NCBI GenBank assembly: GCA_963729895.1
Contig: CAVSQB010000033.1
Location: 1-54,621 of the forward strand
DNA length: 54,621 nt
DNA from: an uncultured Fibrobacterota bacterium
GTDB taxonomy: Bacteria > Fibrobacterota > Chitinivibrionia > Chitinivibrionales > FEN-1185
Direction of reading: 5' to 3'
Positions 7,637 to 16,317 of this stretch are shown here, in pieces. A model generated the notes under the pieces. That model searched no databases and was not told where the DNA came from. It saw only the letters and a list, made by a program, of their open reading frames with translations. Positions within the stretch are counted from its first letter, which is position 1. Every line of letters begins with the position of its first letter. A program made the position numbers and the translations under genes.

Positions 7637-8608
7637 CTATTGTTTGTACGGTTCGCCGAGGCCCTGGCATGCCTGAGCCGCCACGCGCTGAAGGCCAAGC
7701 CACAGGTGATTGGCCCCTGCCGTGAACGCGACCTCTTCTTTGTCAAGTGCCGCCTTAAATTCCTTGTTTGCAATCAGCGTGTTCAGCGAAGCGACCAAGT
7801 CCGCCGCGGGCGGGGCAAGCTGGGTCTTGCCGTTTTCACTCGGGGGCTCTTTTTCGAAGATGTCCCACCGGATGGAGCGGATGAGACGGAACCCCATCGG
7901 CCTCTGCGGTTCTTTCTCAATAAGAAAGTACGCCGCCTTACGGGCGATGGCCTGGGCCTGCTTTGGCGTATCCATCGGATCGCCCGCGGTCTGGCCGGCT
8001 GCGGCAGAGCCCGGTGCGGCATCCGCCTTGGGTTTCGGTTTGCACGACTTTTCCCAGTTTTGTACCGCCGTGTAAAGCCCGGACGGGAAGGGCGAACCTT
8101 CGGGAAATTTCTCCTGCAGAATGCCCCGAAGCACGGTGAGGCCGGCCAGCAGCCTGCCGATGTGGGCATAATCGGCTTCTTCGGGTTTTTGGGACGCAAT
8201 GGTTTCGTTGTACCGCGGTTCGGACAGCCACTTGAGCGCGTTCTGCTTTGCCCGGTCGCGGTCCGGAAACATCGCATCGTAGTTCTGCTTGCACAGTGCG
8301 GCGAACCCTTCAAAAATATCCGCGAACGGTTCCCATTTTCCATCGCGAAGATACACGAGACTCAGGAAACAGAGCAGCCTCATGTCCTTGGATTTTTCCG
8401 CAAGGAGTTTTCTGCACGACGAATCAACAAGCGCGTAATCGATGCTGCCGATCTTCCCAATTTCGGTTTTGCACGCGTCAAAATCGGCATCGTAGTTGAT
8501 GTTGACGCCCATCGGGGCATCGCCGGGAATGGGCTTTACTATAATGTCAAGAAGCTCGGAAATGGCATTTCCCCTTGGATACTGGTATCGGATCGCTGCC
8601 AAACACAA
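7637..8608 (-). pseudogene. tssA: Type VI secretion TssA (ImpA N-terminal domain), 3'-truncated by the IS91-like element
   Basis: KPIPGDAPMG.NINYDADFD...SKDMRLLCFL...FPDRDRAKQNALKWL...RLIRSIRW...LWLGLQR. The stop codon is supplied by the element end. The start is unclear: the ATG after the RBS is out of frame by one base. Confidence 0.8.
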
Positions 8609-8731
8609 AACTAAAATATAGTAATCGCACTATGGCACAATAGTCTTTTCGATGACAAATGACCGGGCGCAGCAGGCCTGCTGCAAGATAAATCATTCGG
8701 CGCCTCCGTGATGTGACGGCCATCACACGCG

Positions 8732-9172
8732 CTAGTGCCGCATCGAAAGAAGAATGGCAACCTTCGTGTTGTGGTCGACCGCGGCGTTATATTGTTTCGC
8801 CGCTTCGGGGGAAGGGACCTGGATGGTGTGGATGCCTTTCACCTCAAGCACTATTACCAGAGAATCGCTGAGGTGAAACGAGCTTCTTCCAAACCCCGTA
8901 CCCACGATAAGAAGCATGACGTCTTCGCGGGGGGCCTCAAGAAGGCTGCTCATCCAGTCCTTCTGTTCATCGACGCCGGCCATGTTTGTCATCGGTTTCA
9001 TTGAACCGTCGAAATCGATGAACAGGTCGAAATGGGTAAGGGGAATGCGATTGTAGACGACAAGGCTGCCCGTAACAAAGCCGAACTTGTGCGGGGGGTT
9101 GACAAAGAAATAGACAATGCCGCAGATGAGGAGAGCCGACAGAATCTTGTGCTTCAGAAAAAAGGTGAACAT
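8732..9172 (-). CDS. Membrane-anchored Mth938-like domain protein
   Basis: N-terminal TM segment; LLIVGTG...KGI...PSPEAAKQYN...VAILL resembles Mth938/DUF498. Confidence 0.6.
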   Translation of the reverse strand: MFTFFLKHKILSALLICGIVYFFVNPPHKFGFVTGSLVVYNRIPLTHFDLFIDFDGSMKPMTNMAGVDEQKDWMSSLLEAPREDVMLLIVGTGFGRSSFHLSDSLVIVLEVKGIHTIQVPSPEAAKQYNAAVDHNTKVAILLSMRH

Positions 9173-9377
9173 ACGCGTATCACCCCCGAAGAGGATGGAC
9201 AGGAAAGGGGGCCCGAATGAGCACTGGTCGCGGGGAGACGCTGCCCGACGGTTGGCGCGAACCCTGCCGCCGGCGCCGGCAATTGGATCGGGTTCCCATC
9301 TGTCATACAATATGCATTAACCGCGAGCGTTCTCCAAGGAAAAATTCGCGAGAGGGAAAATCAAGACACGGAGGGAT

Positions 9378-10214
9378 TTACTTGATGTTCTGAATAAACA
9401 AGGCAAGCTTTGCCCGTGACGCGGGATTTCTGAACAGTTTCCGCAGTGATCGATCCCGAATGAGCCGCACGCGTTCGCGGGTCAGTTTGAGTTCCTTGCC
9501 GATTTCTTCGAGAGTGAATTGTTTGGAGAAGTTGAGGCCGTAATACATTCGCAGTATGCGCTCTTCCCTGCTTGTAATGTTCTGCAGCACGCTGTCGATT
9601 ACTTTGCCGAGTTCCCTCCGTTCGCTCTCGGTATCCTGGTTTGGATCGTCGCCGAGAATGTCCTGCAGCGTTTTCGTGGAATCGCCTTCCGAACCTTGGT
9701 TGTTGCCCACCGGTGCATCGAGCGATACGCCCCGAAGTTTGTCCATGACGTCGATGATGTCCTGCTCGTGCTCCTTGAAATCGTCCATGGAAATCGTTCC
9801 CATGTAGTCGCCGGAGTTCTTGTCGAGGGCCTTCTTGAATTTCGAAAGAAGCGCGATTTTGTTGGGAGGAATGCGCACGGTTCCCGTTTGCTCGAATAAC
9901 GCTTTCTGAATCGACTGGCGTATCCACCACACTGCATAGGAAATAAACTTGACTTTGTTCTCGAGGTTGAAGCGCTTTGCGGCTTTTAACAGACCGATAT
10001 TGCCTTCGTTAATAAGCTCGAGGAAACTCAGGCCTCTGCCCCGGTACCGCCTGGCGACACTCACGACAAACCTGAGGTTGCTCGTAATGAGAACGGTTAT
10101 TGCGTTATGGTCGCTCTTTTGAACGCAACGAATAACCTCGCGCTCTTCGTCTTCGGATAGAATCCGATAACGGTTGATGTCCCTAAAGTAGAGGGTTTCG
10201 GTTCTTGTCGGCAT
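9378..10214 (-). CDS. RNA polymerase sigma-70 factor, short RpoD/SigA-family paralogue
   Basis: SNLRFVVSVARRY, ELINEGNIGLLKAA, KFISYAVWWIRQSI, TLEEIG..LTRERVR. Confidence 0.93.
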   Translation of the reverse strand: MPTRTETLYFRDINRYRILSEDEEREVIRCVQKSDHNAITVLITSNLRFVVSVARRYRGRGLSFLELINEGNIGLLKAAKRFNLENKVKFISYAVWWIRQSIQKALFEQTGTVRIPPNKIALLSKFKKALDKNSGDYMGTISMDDFKEHEQDIIDVMDKLRGVSLDAPVGNNQGSEGDSTKTLQDILGDDPNQDTESERRELGKVIDSVLQNITSREERILRMYYGLNFSKQFTLEEIGKELKLTRERVRLIRDRSLRKLFRNPASRAKLALFIQNIK

Positions 10215-10439
10215 AGAGATAAGCCATTATGACTGATAGGAAGTTTGATTTTTCGCAAGCGGGTTGTCGTATAAGGAAGATTTTTTTGCGGAAGCTCAAT
10301 TCTTCCCCCACTTTCCCGCTTCCGTCGTCCGCATCTTGAACGGCCTCAAGGCAAAATATAGACATTGCCGGCCACAATTGTCAAATCCGGGAATACATGT
10401 CTCGTGGCTTCGGTGAAAGCAAAAAAATAGTCGGGGTTG

Positions 10440-11882
10440 TCAAGCGCAGGTCCGCTCGAAGAACTCATAATCGAGCGTAGGTTCTGCGGCGACGAGTGGC
10501 AGCTTCTCTTCCGGAGGCGGGCGCGGCGACTGTTCCTTCCAAAGACCACAGTGCTTCAGAATCTTCTGTATTATCGCGTCCTCATCGATGAATGAAATGA
10601 TCCTCATCTCACCTCCGCACTTCGGACATTTCAGCGGGTCTGCCTCGTAAACGCACTTGATGAGCGCAGCCCATGTCATGCGGCATTTTCGCCTGAAAGC
10701 GGTGTCAGGTTCAGGCTGTCCGGGAAGGGCAACAGGCTTCCCGTCCTTCTCACGCATCCCCCGTTTCTTGTTCGAGTAAAAACCGTAATACCTGATCTGG
10801 TGCTCGCCCTTATTGGGAATATGCTGCGTGACTTCTGCTAAAAAGTCGAGCGGGTCAAACACCTCGAAGTTTCTGGGTATGCCTTCCATGAGCGTCTGGA
10901 TCGGCGGCGTGCAGCGCTCCGGCAAAACAGGGTCGCCTGTGTGCGGGAACGGGAAGCACTTCCCCTTTGATGCGCGGTACACTATCCTGCCGTCGGCATT
11001 GAGCGTGACCATGCGGGCGAGGCTGAACGGGCACCGGGAGATGTACTCCACCAGACGCTGCATGCCTTCGTGGTCGCCCGCCTCAATCCGAACGGAGTTG
11101 TCGACATTGAACCCGCTGTGTTTCCACTGCCGCATGTTTGCCGCAGTGTCCAGGTCTATCTTGAACTCATCAAGCAGCAGATCAAAAACCTTCTCCTGCC
11201 AGATGTCGGCCGCCCTGTGCCGCCAGATGTCGGGAATGTGCACAAAGTGCCCCGTGTCCGTGAATACGCCCTCGGGCACGATGGCGTGGATATGGGAATG
11301 CCAGTGTATGAGATCGCCGAACGTCTGCACCGCGCCTACCATTGCGGGAACGCCGCAATCTCCGTCGATCTCCAGCGCGTAAACGTCGCATACCGTATCA
11401 TAGGCAGCGCGGCAGAGCTTGCCCAAAAGGCTCCGGTCGTAGCGAAAGTAAACCCGCAGCCGCTTCGGAATGGTAAAAACCCATTGGAGATGCGGCACTT
11501 CGGCAAGCACCTCCTCCTTGAGCCGATGGCCCAGCAGCAAGGCCCGCTTCTGATCGCAGGATGGACAGCACGACCGCTGGCGGCAGGAGAACGCGACAAA
11601 AAATTCTTCCCCGCAGTCCTTGCACCTGACGCGAGCGAAACCTTCTTTGAGATCGCCGCATTTGAGGAACTTTTCGATGGACGAGCGAATCACCGGTCGC
11701 CAAAAGCCGTATCGCTGCTGATAACGTTCCGGGTACACACGCTCGAAATCGTCAAAGCAATCGCGCACAACCTTGAAAAACGGCGAGGCATCATGGTCAC
11801 GCGGACGGTAGAACTTGCGGGGCAGGCCATACGTGCGGGTCTGCGTGACAGGTCTTGGGCAGGCAATCGTGACAGGCGGCAT
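10440..11882 (-). CDS. IS91-family HUH transposase (copy 2)
   Basis: Protein identical to 5769-7211. Confidence 0.93.
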   Translation of the reverse strand: MPPVTIACPRPVTQTRTYGLPRKFYRPRDHDASPFFKVVRDCFDDFERVYPERYQQRYGFWRPVIRSSIEKFLKCGDLKEGFARVRCKDCGEEFFVAFSCRQRSCCPSCDQKRALLLGHRLKEEVLAEVPHLQWVFTIPKRLRVYFRYDRSLLGKLCRAAYDTVCDVYALEIDGDCGVPAMVGAVQTFGDLIHWHSHIHAIVPEGVFTDTGHFVHIPDIWRHRAADIWQEKVFDLLLDEFKIDLDTAANMRQWKHSGFNVDNSVRIEAGDHEGMQRLVEYISRCPFSLARMVTLNADGRIVYRASKGKCFPFPHTGDPVLPERCTPPIQTLMEGIPRNFEVFDPLDFLAEVTQHIPNKGEHQIRYYGFYSNKKRGMREKDGKPVALPGQPEPDTAFRRKCRMTWAALIKCVYEADPLKCPKCGGEMRIISFIDEDAIIQKILKHCGLWKEQSPRPPPEEKLPLVAAEPTLDYEFFERTCA

Positions 11883-12157
11883 GAAACGTTCTCCGGTGGG
11901 TGAAACCGGAGAAACGAATCAAGCGCCGTGCCGCGAAACTCGGTCTTACGCAATCAACGGGAAAACCAGGCCCTTACCGAAAATTCGGCATATCACCAGA
12001 CAATCGCGGAAATGCCACAACAGGGACAAAATGTGACGGCCGTCACCACGGTTTTGCGACCGTGAACGGTGTGCCGGAAAAATCTGGACGTACCCAATCG
12101 CCGGAGCGTATCTTAATGACAAGAGACAAGCGTAGAGAATCAAAAATAGAAATCCGC

Positions 12158-12233
12158 GCCTAACAACGCCTTCAAGCCATGACCGGCCGAAATCGTAATG
12201 CGGTCATACCGGCGGCTTAAGGCGGCGTTAGGC
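12158..12233 (+). other. attC site 4, inside IS91-like element copy 2
   Basis: Identical to 7487-7562. Confidence 0.9.
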
Positions 12234-12314
12234 TCGGAAAAATATCAAGACATCGCATTTTGGTCAAGTTGATAAAGGGACTGTGAGCTTCCTAGTAGAA
12301 CGTTGCACTATTGA

Positions 12315-12806
12315 GGGATTGCAAGCTATGAACAATCATACAAATATTCCACTCAACAGGATTTTCCTCCTGTCGATGCCGGCTGGCGCAATTTTGTCAC
12401 CTCGTTTTTTCGAAGAGCAGTCAAGGCAATAAATCTGACTACAAATAATGACAAACTCAAAATCAGACACTATTCAAACCGGATCATTTCCTACAAAACT
12501 CTTGTTCAAAATGCGTTAAATAATGGAATTTCTGGATGTAAGAACTTTCCCTGTGTCTTTCCTTCCTGGGACAATTCCGCCCGTCATGACGCATCCATCA
12601 TTATCCAGAATGATTTGCCTGAAGACTTTGGTGAGTGGCTTATGCGATCAGCGAAACAGGTGGAACAGTATCCTGACGATGAGCAATTGGTATTCATTAA
12701 CGCATGGAATGAATGGGCGGAAGGATGTCATCTGGAGCCGGACACCAGGTTCGGCCGCGCGTTTCTGGAGAAAACCTTGCAGGTCAGGCAAACATATGCT
12801 TCCTGA
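12315..12806 (+). pseudogene. 3' fragment of a WbsX-family glycosyltransferase / GH99-like gene
   Basis: Open frame from the element end: FPCVFPSWDNSAR...VFINAWNEWAEGCHLEPD..FG; the 5' part is missing. Confidence 0.85.
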
Positions 12807-13008
12807 ATTGCCCTGCGGAAATGGAGCCCCGCCAGCGGGAGTCGGCGGCTCTAAAAAATTCTTTCTGCTTTCCAAGCAGAAAGAGACTATGGCGACATCC
12901 CGTAGCAGAAGGCGCACCATGGTCCCCGACGAAATCGGGGGCCTTCTGCGTTGTGGATAAACTCATGAGCCAAAATGCCGCAATTGTATTCTCGAAAGGA
13001 AACGTTGA

Positions 13009-13866
13009 ATGTCGATCGTAAAATACGAATATTCAAAAACCGATAAATTACAGGAAGAACTTGAAAGCATTTCAGATATTCGCAATTATGTTCGTCAATA
13101 CGAAGAAATGCCGCTTGACAAATTCATTGAATTGTACCTTGCAACGGAATGTGGAACTGAGTTCAAGGACGCAACGGACGAATTGAAAGGAAACCTTGAA
13201 ATTCTTGATATCGGTGTCGGTTTTGGTCAAAGTTCCTTTCATTTGGCACTGCAGGGCAACAAGGTCACGGCCATCGAGCCGTCGGAAGATTATTGCAGAT
13301 TCATTGACTTCTATTCCGTCAAGAACTCCGTGCCCATAGAAATACACGAGTGCACAATCGAAGTGTTTCGGCCGGTCCGGAAATTCGACGTCTGCATTTT
13401 CAATGCAAGTCTGCACCATTGTGACGACCCGGGGAAGGCAATTGCACGATGCTATGAGCTGCTAAAAAACCAGGGAAGAATATTCCTTATTAATGAACAG
13501 ATCCTGAAATTCTACCGTTCCAAGAAATGGTACTACCGGATGATGAAGGAAAATCCGGCCAAAGTGGATAACTACGGCGGAAATGAGCATGTTTACAGGT
13601 ATTATGAGTATGTAAAGATGTTGAAGAGCAATCATTTCCAAGATATCAGGGAGAAAATACCGGTTTTCTACACTGATATCCGTACGGTTTTTCTGAACAG
13701 CATCACGAGGCGGCTGTACAATAGGTTCAAGTATAACGATTTCGAATTGCTCGCAAAGTTCATCTGGTATTTCGCACTATCGAAAATTGTCCGGATTGGG
13801 CCGCTCTTATTCGTTGCTAAACTTCTTTCCTTGGTCAACGGGACTCTGATTGGAACAAAGCGGTAG
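13009..13866 (+). CDS. Class I SAM-dependent methyltransferase
   Basis: ILDIGVGFG, VTAIEPS, FDVCIFNASLHH, LLKNQGRIFL. Confidence 0.88.
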   Translation: MSIVKYEYSKTDKLQEELESISDIRNYVRQYEEMPLDKFIELYLATECGTEFKDATDELKGNLEILDIGVGFGQSSFHLALQGNKVTAIEPSEDYCRFIDFYSVKNSVPIEIHECTIEVFRPVRKFDVCIFNASLHHCDDPGKAIARCYELLKNQGRIFLINEQILKFYRSKKWYYRMMKENPAKVDNYGGNEHVYRYYEYVKMLKSNHFQDIREKIPVFYTDIRTVFLNSITRRLYNRFKYNDFELLAKFIWYFALSKIVRIGPLLFVAKLLSLVNGTLIGTKR

Positions 13867-13882
13867 TCTTGAGGTTCTCTAG

Positions 13883-15194
13883 CAGGGTGTTGAAAAAGTC
13901 TCCCTTTTGTAAACATTTATCCTTATATTATAGGGGAACCCCAACCAAGGAGTATTGATGAGAGGTTCCCAGCCAGCCCAAGGCGGTATGTTCAGCTTCG
14001 TTTCTCCGGATTCCCGAGTGCCGGCAACACACCCGCTTCGTCGTGTCAAACAGTTTACGGACATAGCGCTGCGCCGCCTTTCTCGTGACTTTGAGGCGAT
14101 GTACAGCCGGATGGGACGCCCTTCGATACCGCCGGAATGGCTTTTGAAAGCACAGATATTGATGGCTTTGTTTTCGATACGGTCGGACCGGTTGTTTTGC
14201 GAGATGCTGGACTATAACATTCTGTTCCGATGGTTTCTTGACATGGATCTGGATGCGGCATCGTTTGATCATAGTGTGTTTTCGAAGAACCGAGATCGAC
14301 TTATGGAACAGGAGATTGCGCACCGGCTGATGCAGGAAATCGTGCGTCTTGCTCGTTCCGAAGAGTTGTTGTCCGATGAGCATTTCACGGTTGACGGCAC
14401 GTTGATTGAAGCCTGGGCATCGATGAAGAGCTTCAAGCGAAAAGACGCGGAATCGGCGAACAAGACTGACGATGATCGGAGTAATCCGTCGGTTGATTTC
14501 CACCATGAGAAGCGAAGCAATGAGACACATCAGAGTTCGACCGATCCAGAGGCGCTGTTGGCTCGGAAGAACAAGAGAACGGGAGCGCAGCTGGCGTATT
14601 CCGGTCACGTGCTGATGGAAAACCGAAATGGGTTGTGTGTTGATATCGCCATTGCGCCAGCGACGGGGACAGCGGAACGGGATATGGCGCTTGAGCTGAT
14701 AAAGCATGAACGCAGGCGCGGAAAACGCCGGATGAAGACGGTGGGTGCAGACAAAGGGTATCATGCAACCGAATTTATCAAGAGCCTGCGACGCCTGCAC
14801 GTGAAGCCTCACATTGCCGAGAAGGCCAACACTTCGCTTAAAGGGTTGGATGGAAGAACGACTCGGCATAAGGGATACAGCGTAAGTCAACGGAAACGAA
14901 AACGGGTTGAAGAGATATTTGGGTGGATCAAGAGCGTCGGTGGCCTGCGGAAAACTCGGGTAAGAGGAATACGAATCAACCAGACTGTTGCCTACGTGGT
15001 TGCCGCAGCGTACAACTTGATACGCATGGTTAAGTTGATGCCGCAAACGGTGGGGGCAGCATGAGAATGGCCTGGGAATCCGGGGAAATGCCTCGGAACG
15101 AGGCAGGTAAAACCTCTCTGACATATGTAAAGTTGAAGTTAGGTTCATAAAAAATCAACAAGAGCGCTTCTGTTAGGACTATTTCAACAACCTG
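13883..15194 (+). mobile_element. IS5-family (DUF772/DDE) insertion sequence, copy A, 1,312 bp
   Basis: 18-bp IRs CAGGGTGTTGAAAAAGTC / GACTATTTCAACAACCTG, flanked by CTAG duplications (13879-82, 15195-98). Confidence 0.93.
13955..15064 (+). CDS. IS5-family transposase
   Basis: MRG..Q..MFSFVSP..RVP..HPLR, GRPSIPPE, VDGTLIEAWAS, GADKGY, RKRVEEIFGWIK. Confidence 0.92.
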   Translation: MMRGSQPAQGGMFSFVSPDSRVPATHPLRRVKQFTDIALRRLSRDFEAMYSRMGRPSIPPEWLLKAQILMALFSIRSDRLFCEMLDYNILFRWFLDMDLDAASFDHSVFSKNRDRLMEQEIAHRLMQEIVRLARSEELLSDEHFTVDGTLIEAWASMKSFKRKDAESANKTDDDRSNPSVDFHHEKRSNETHQSSTDPEALLARKNKRTGAQLAYSGHVLMENRNGLCVDIAIAPATGTAERDMALELIKHERRRGKRRMKTVGADKGYHATEFIKSLRRLHVKPHIAEKANTSLKGLDGRTTRHKGYSVSQRKRKRVEEIFGWIKSVGGLRKTRVRGIRINQTVAYVVAAAYNLIRMVKLMPQTVGAA

Positions 15195-16154
15195 CTAGGG
15201 GTGGGAAAAATCGCTCATCAACTGGCATGAAACAAAAACCCAGACAACGATCTTTGGCTTTACTTTCGTTTTTCTGCAATAATCCATGAGCACCGACGGT
15301 CCATTCAAGCTGCCCATCAAGGTAAAGAAAGTCCGGGTTGGAATGCCTGAAAGCCGCGCGACGTGGCAGGGGAGATTTGCGTTTGCATCCGATCCTGCAT
15401 TGACAAAACTATCTCCGAAAACAAGAATCGGCGCTGAGGGATCGCTCTTATACGGTTCGCCCGAGGACAAGACAACGCTTTCCCATTTGTAGAGTCCTTC
15501 TTTTTCGTTTACCTCGCCGTTGTGCAAAAGGCGATAAAGGTCATCGTATCGATGGCCCAAGGTATCAATGATTTTCAATGAGAGTGTTTTGGGACCCAAG
15601 GGAAGGATAGTGGCAATTCGCTTCGCAATTTCCTGCGCTGCAATAAGTATCCCGTTCTGATTCCAATGGGAATCGTATTTCAGGTACAATTCCTCGTGAG
15701 ATTTGAATGGTTTGAAAAAAGGAATCAAATCTATTACACTAACGTTCGCTCTTGATAATTTGCTCAAAAACTTCTCTCTTTGTTTGCAAACGATACCTGG
15801 TTCTCCCGAGCCGATCAATTCAGGGTACACATCGCTTTTGTTTGGCGCCGGAACCACCAGGAGCTGTATACTGTCTCGAAGAAGTGAATCCCTCAAAGCT
15901 ATGATATTTTCAGCATTTTGCTTTGGCCATGGTTTAAGGAGCGATATGAGCGCGGGGCGATAAAACAACCAGCCGTCTTTTCCTTCTATTGCAACCTGTT
16001 TGTGGGTTTTCACCAGTTTTAGGGCAATACTGAGATTGAATTTCTGAGAGGATGAAGCATTGGAAGAATAATATTCGAAAGCTATTACAGCTGCCAAGAA
16101 TATTGCAATGGATAGGAAAAGAAGAGATCGTTTCAGCATTTTTGCGAAAACCAT
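15195..16154 (-). CDS. AlgX/AlgJ-family SGNH O-acetyltransferase-like protein
   Basis: EGKDGWLFY, VVPAPNKSDVYPE, YLKYDSHWN..G, LVFGDSF. Confidence 0.85.
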   Translation of the reverse strand: MVFAKMLKRSLLFLSIAIFLAAVIAFEYYSSNASSSQKFNLSIALKLVKTHKQVAIEGKDGWLFYRPALISLLKPWPKQNAENIIALRDSLLRDSIQLLVVPAPNKSDVYPELIGSGEPGIVCKQREKFLSKLSRANVSVIDLIPFFKPFKSHEELYLKYDSHWNQNGILIAAQEIAKRIATILPLGPKTLSLKIIDTLGHRYDDLYRLLHNGEVNEKEGLYKWESVVLSSGEPYKSDPSAPILVFGDSFVNAGSDANANLPCHVARLSGIPTRTFFTLMGSLNGPSVLMDYCRKTKVKPKIVVWVFVSCQLMSDFSHP

Positions 16155-16317
16155 TTAGAATTCATTCTCATGAACCAAAGATTTGCACTTCTTGTCTTTT
16201 GTTGAATCAGGCAGAAAATAGTTTTTCTTTCGTTGCTGGGCAAACATTAAAAGACGCTTCCTTGAGAAATGTAAGTTTTGTTTCTTGCGATTTCGAAACT
16301 CACTTTTTATATTGATA
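16155..16317 (-). pseudogene. 3' remnant of an upstream gene cut by IS4
   Basis: Open frame from the IS4 end to a stop abutting the AlgX/J-like start. Confidence 0.45.

Larger units (their letters stand above)
5561..7642 (-). mobile_element. IS91/ISCR-like rolling-circle element carrying an attC site, copy 1 (2,082 bp)
   Basis: Boundaries defined by identity with 10232-12313. oriIS-like end ...TCAAACTTCCTATCAGT on the minus strand (5561 side). Palindromic ter-like end TAGTAGAACGTTGCACTATTG. No TSD. Confidence 0.9.
10232..12313 (-). mobile_element. IS91/ISCR-like element carrying an attC site, copy 2
   Basis: Direct repeat of 5561-7642 at offset 4,671, with an identical ORF set. Confidence 0.9.

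Noticed and set aside
13928..15148. 406-aa antisense ORF in IS5 (also 50601-51821)
   Set aside because: It shadows the transposase and has no recognisable motifs; its conservation merely reflects copy identity.
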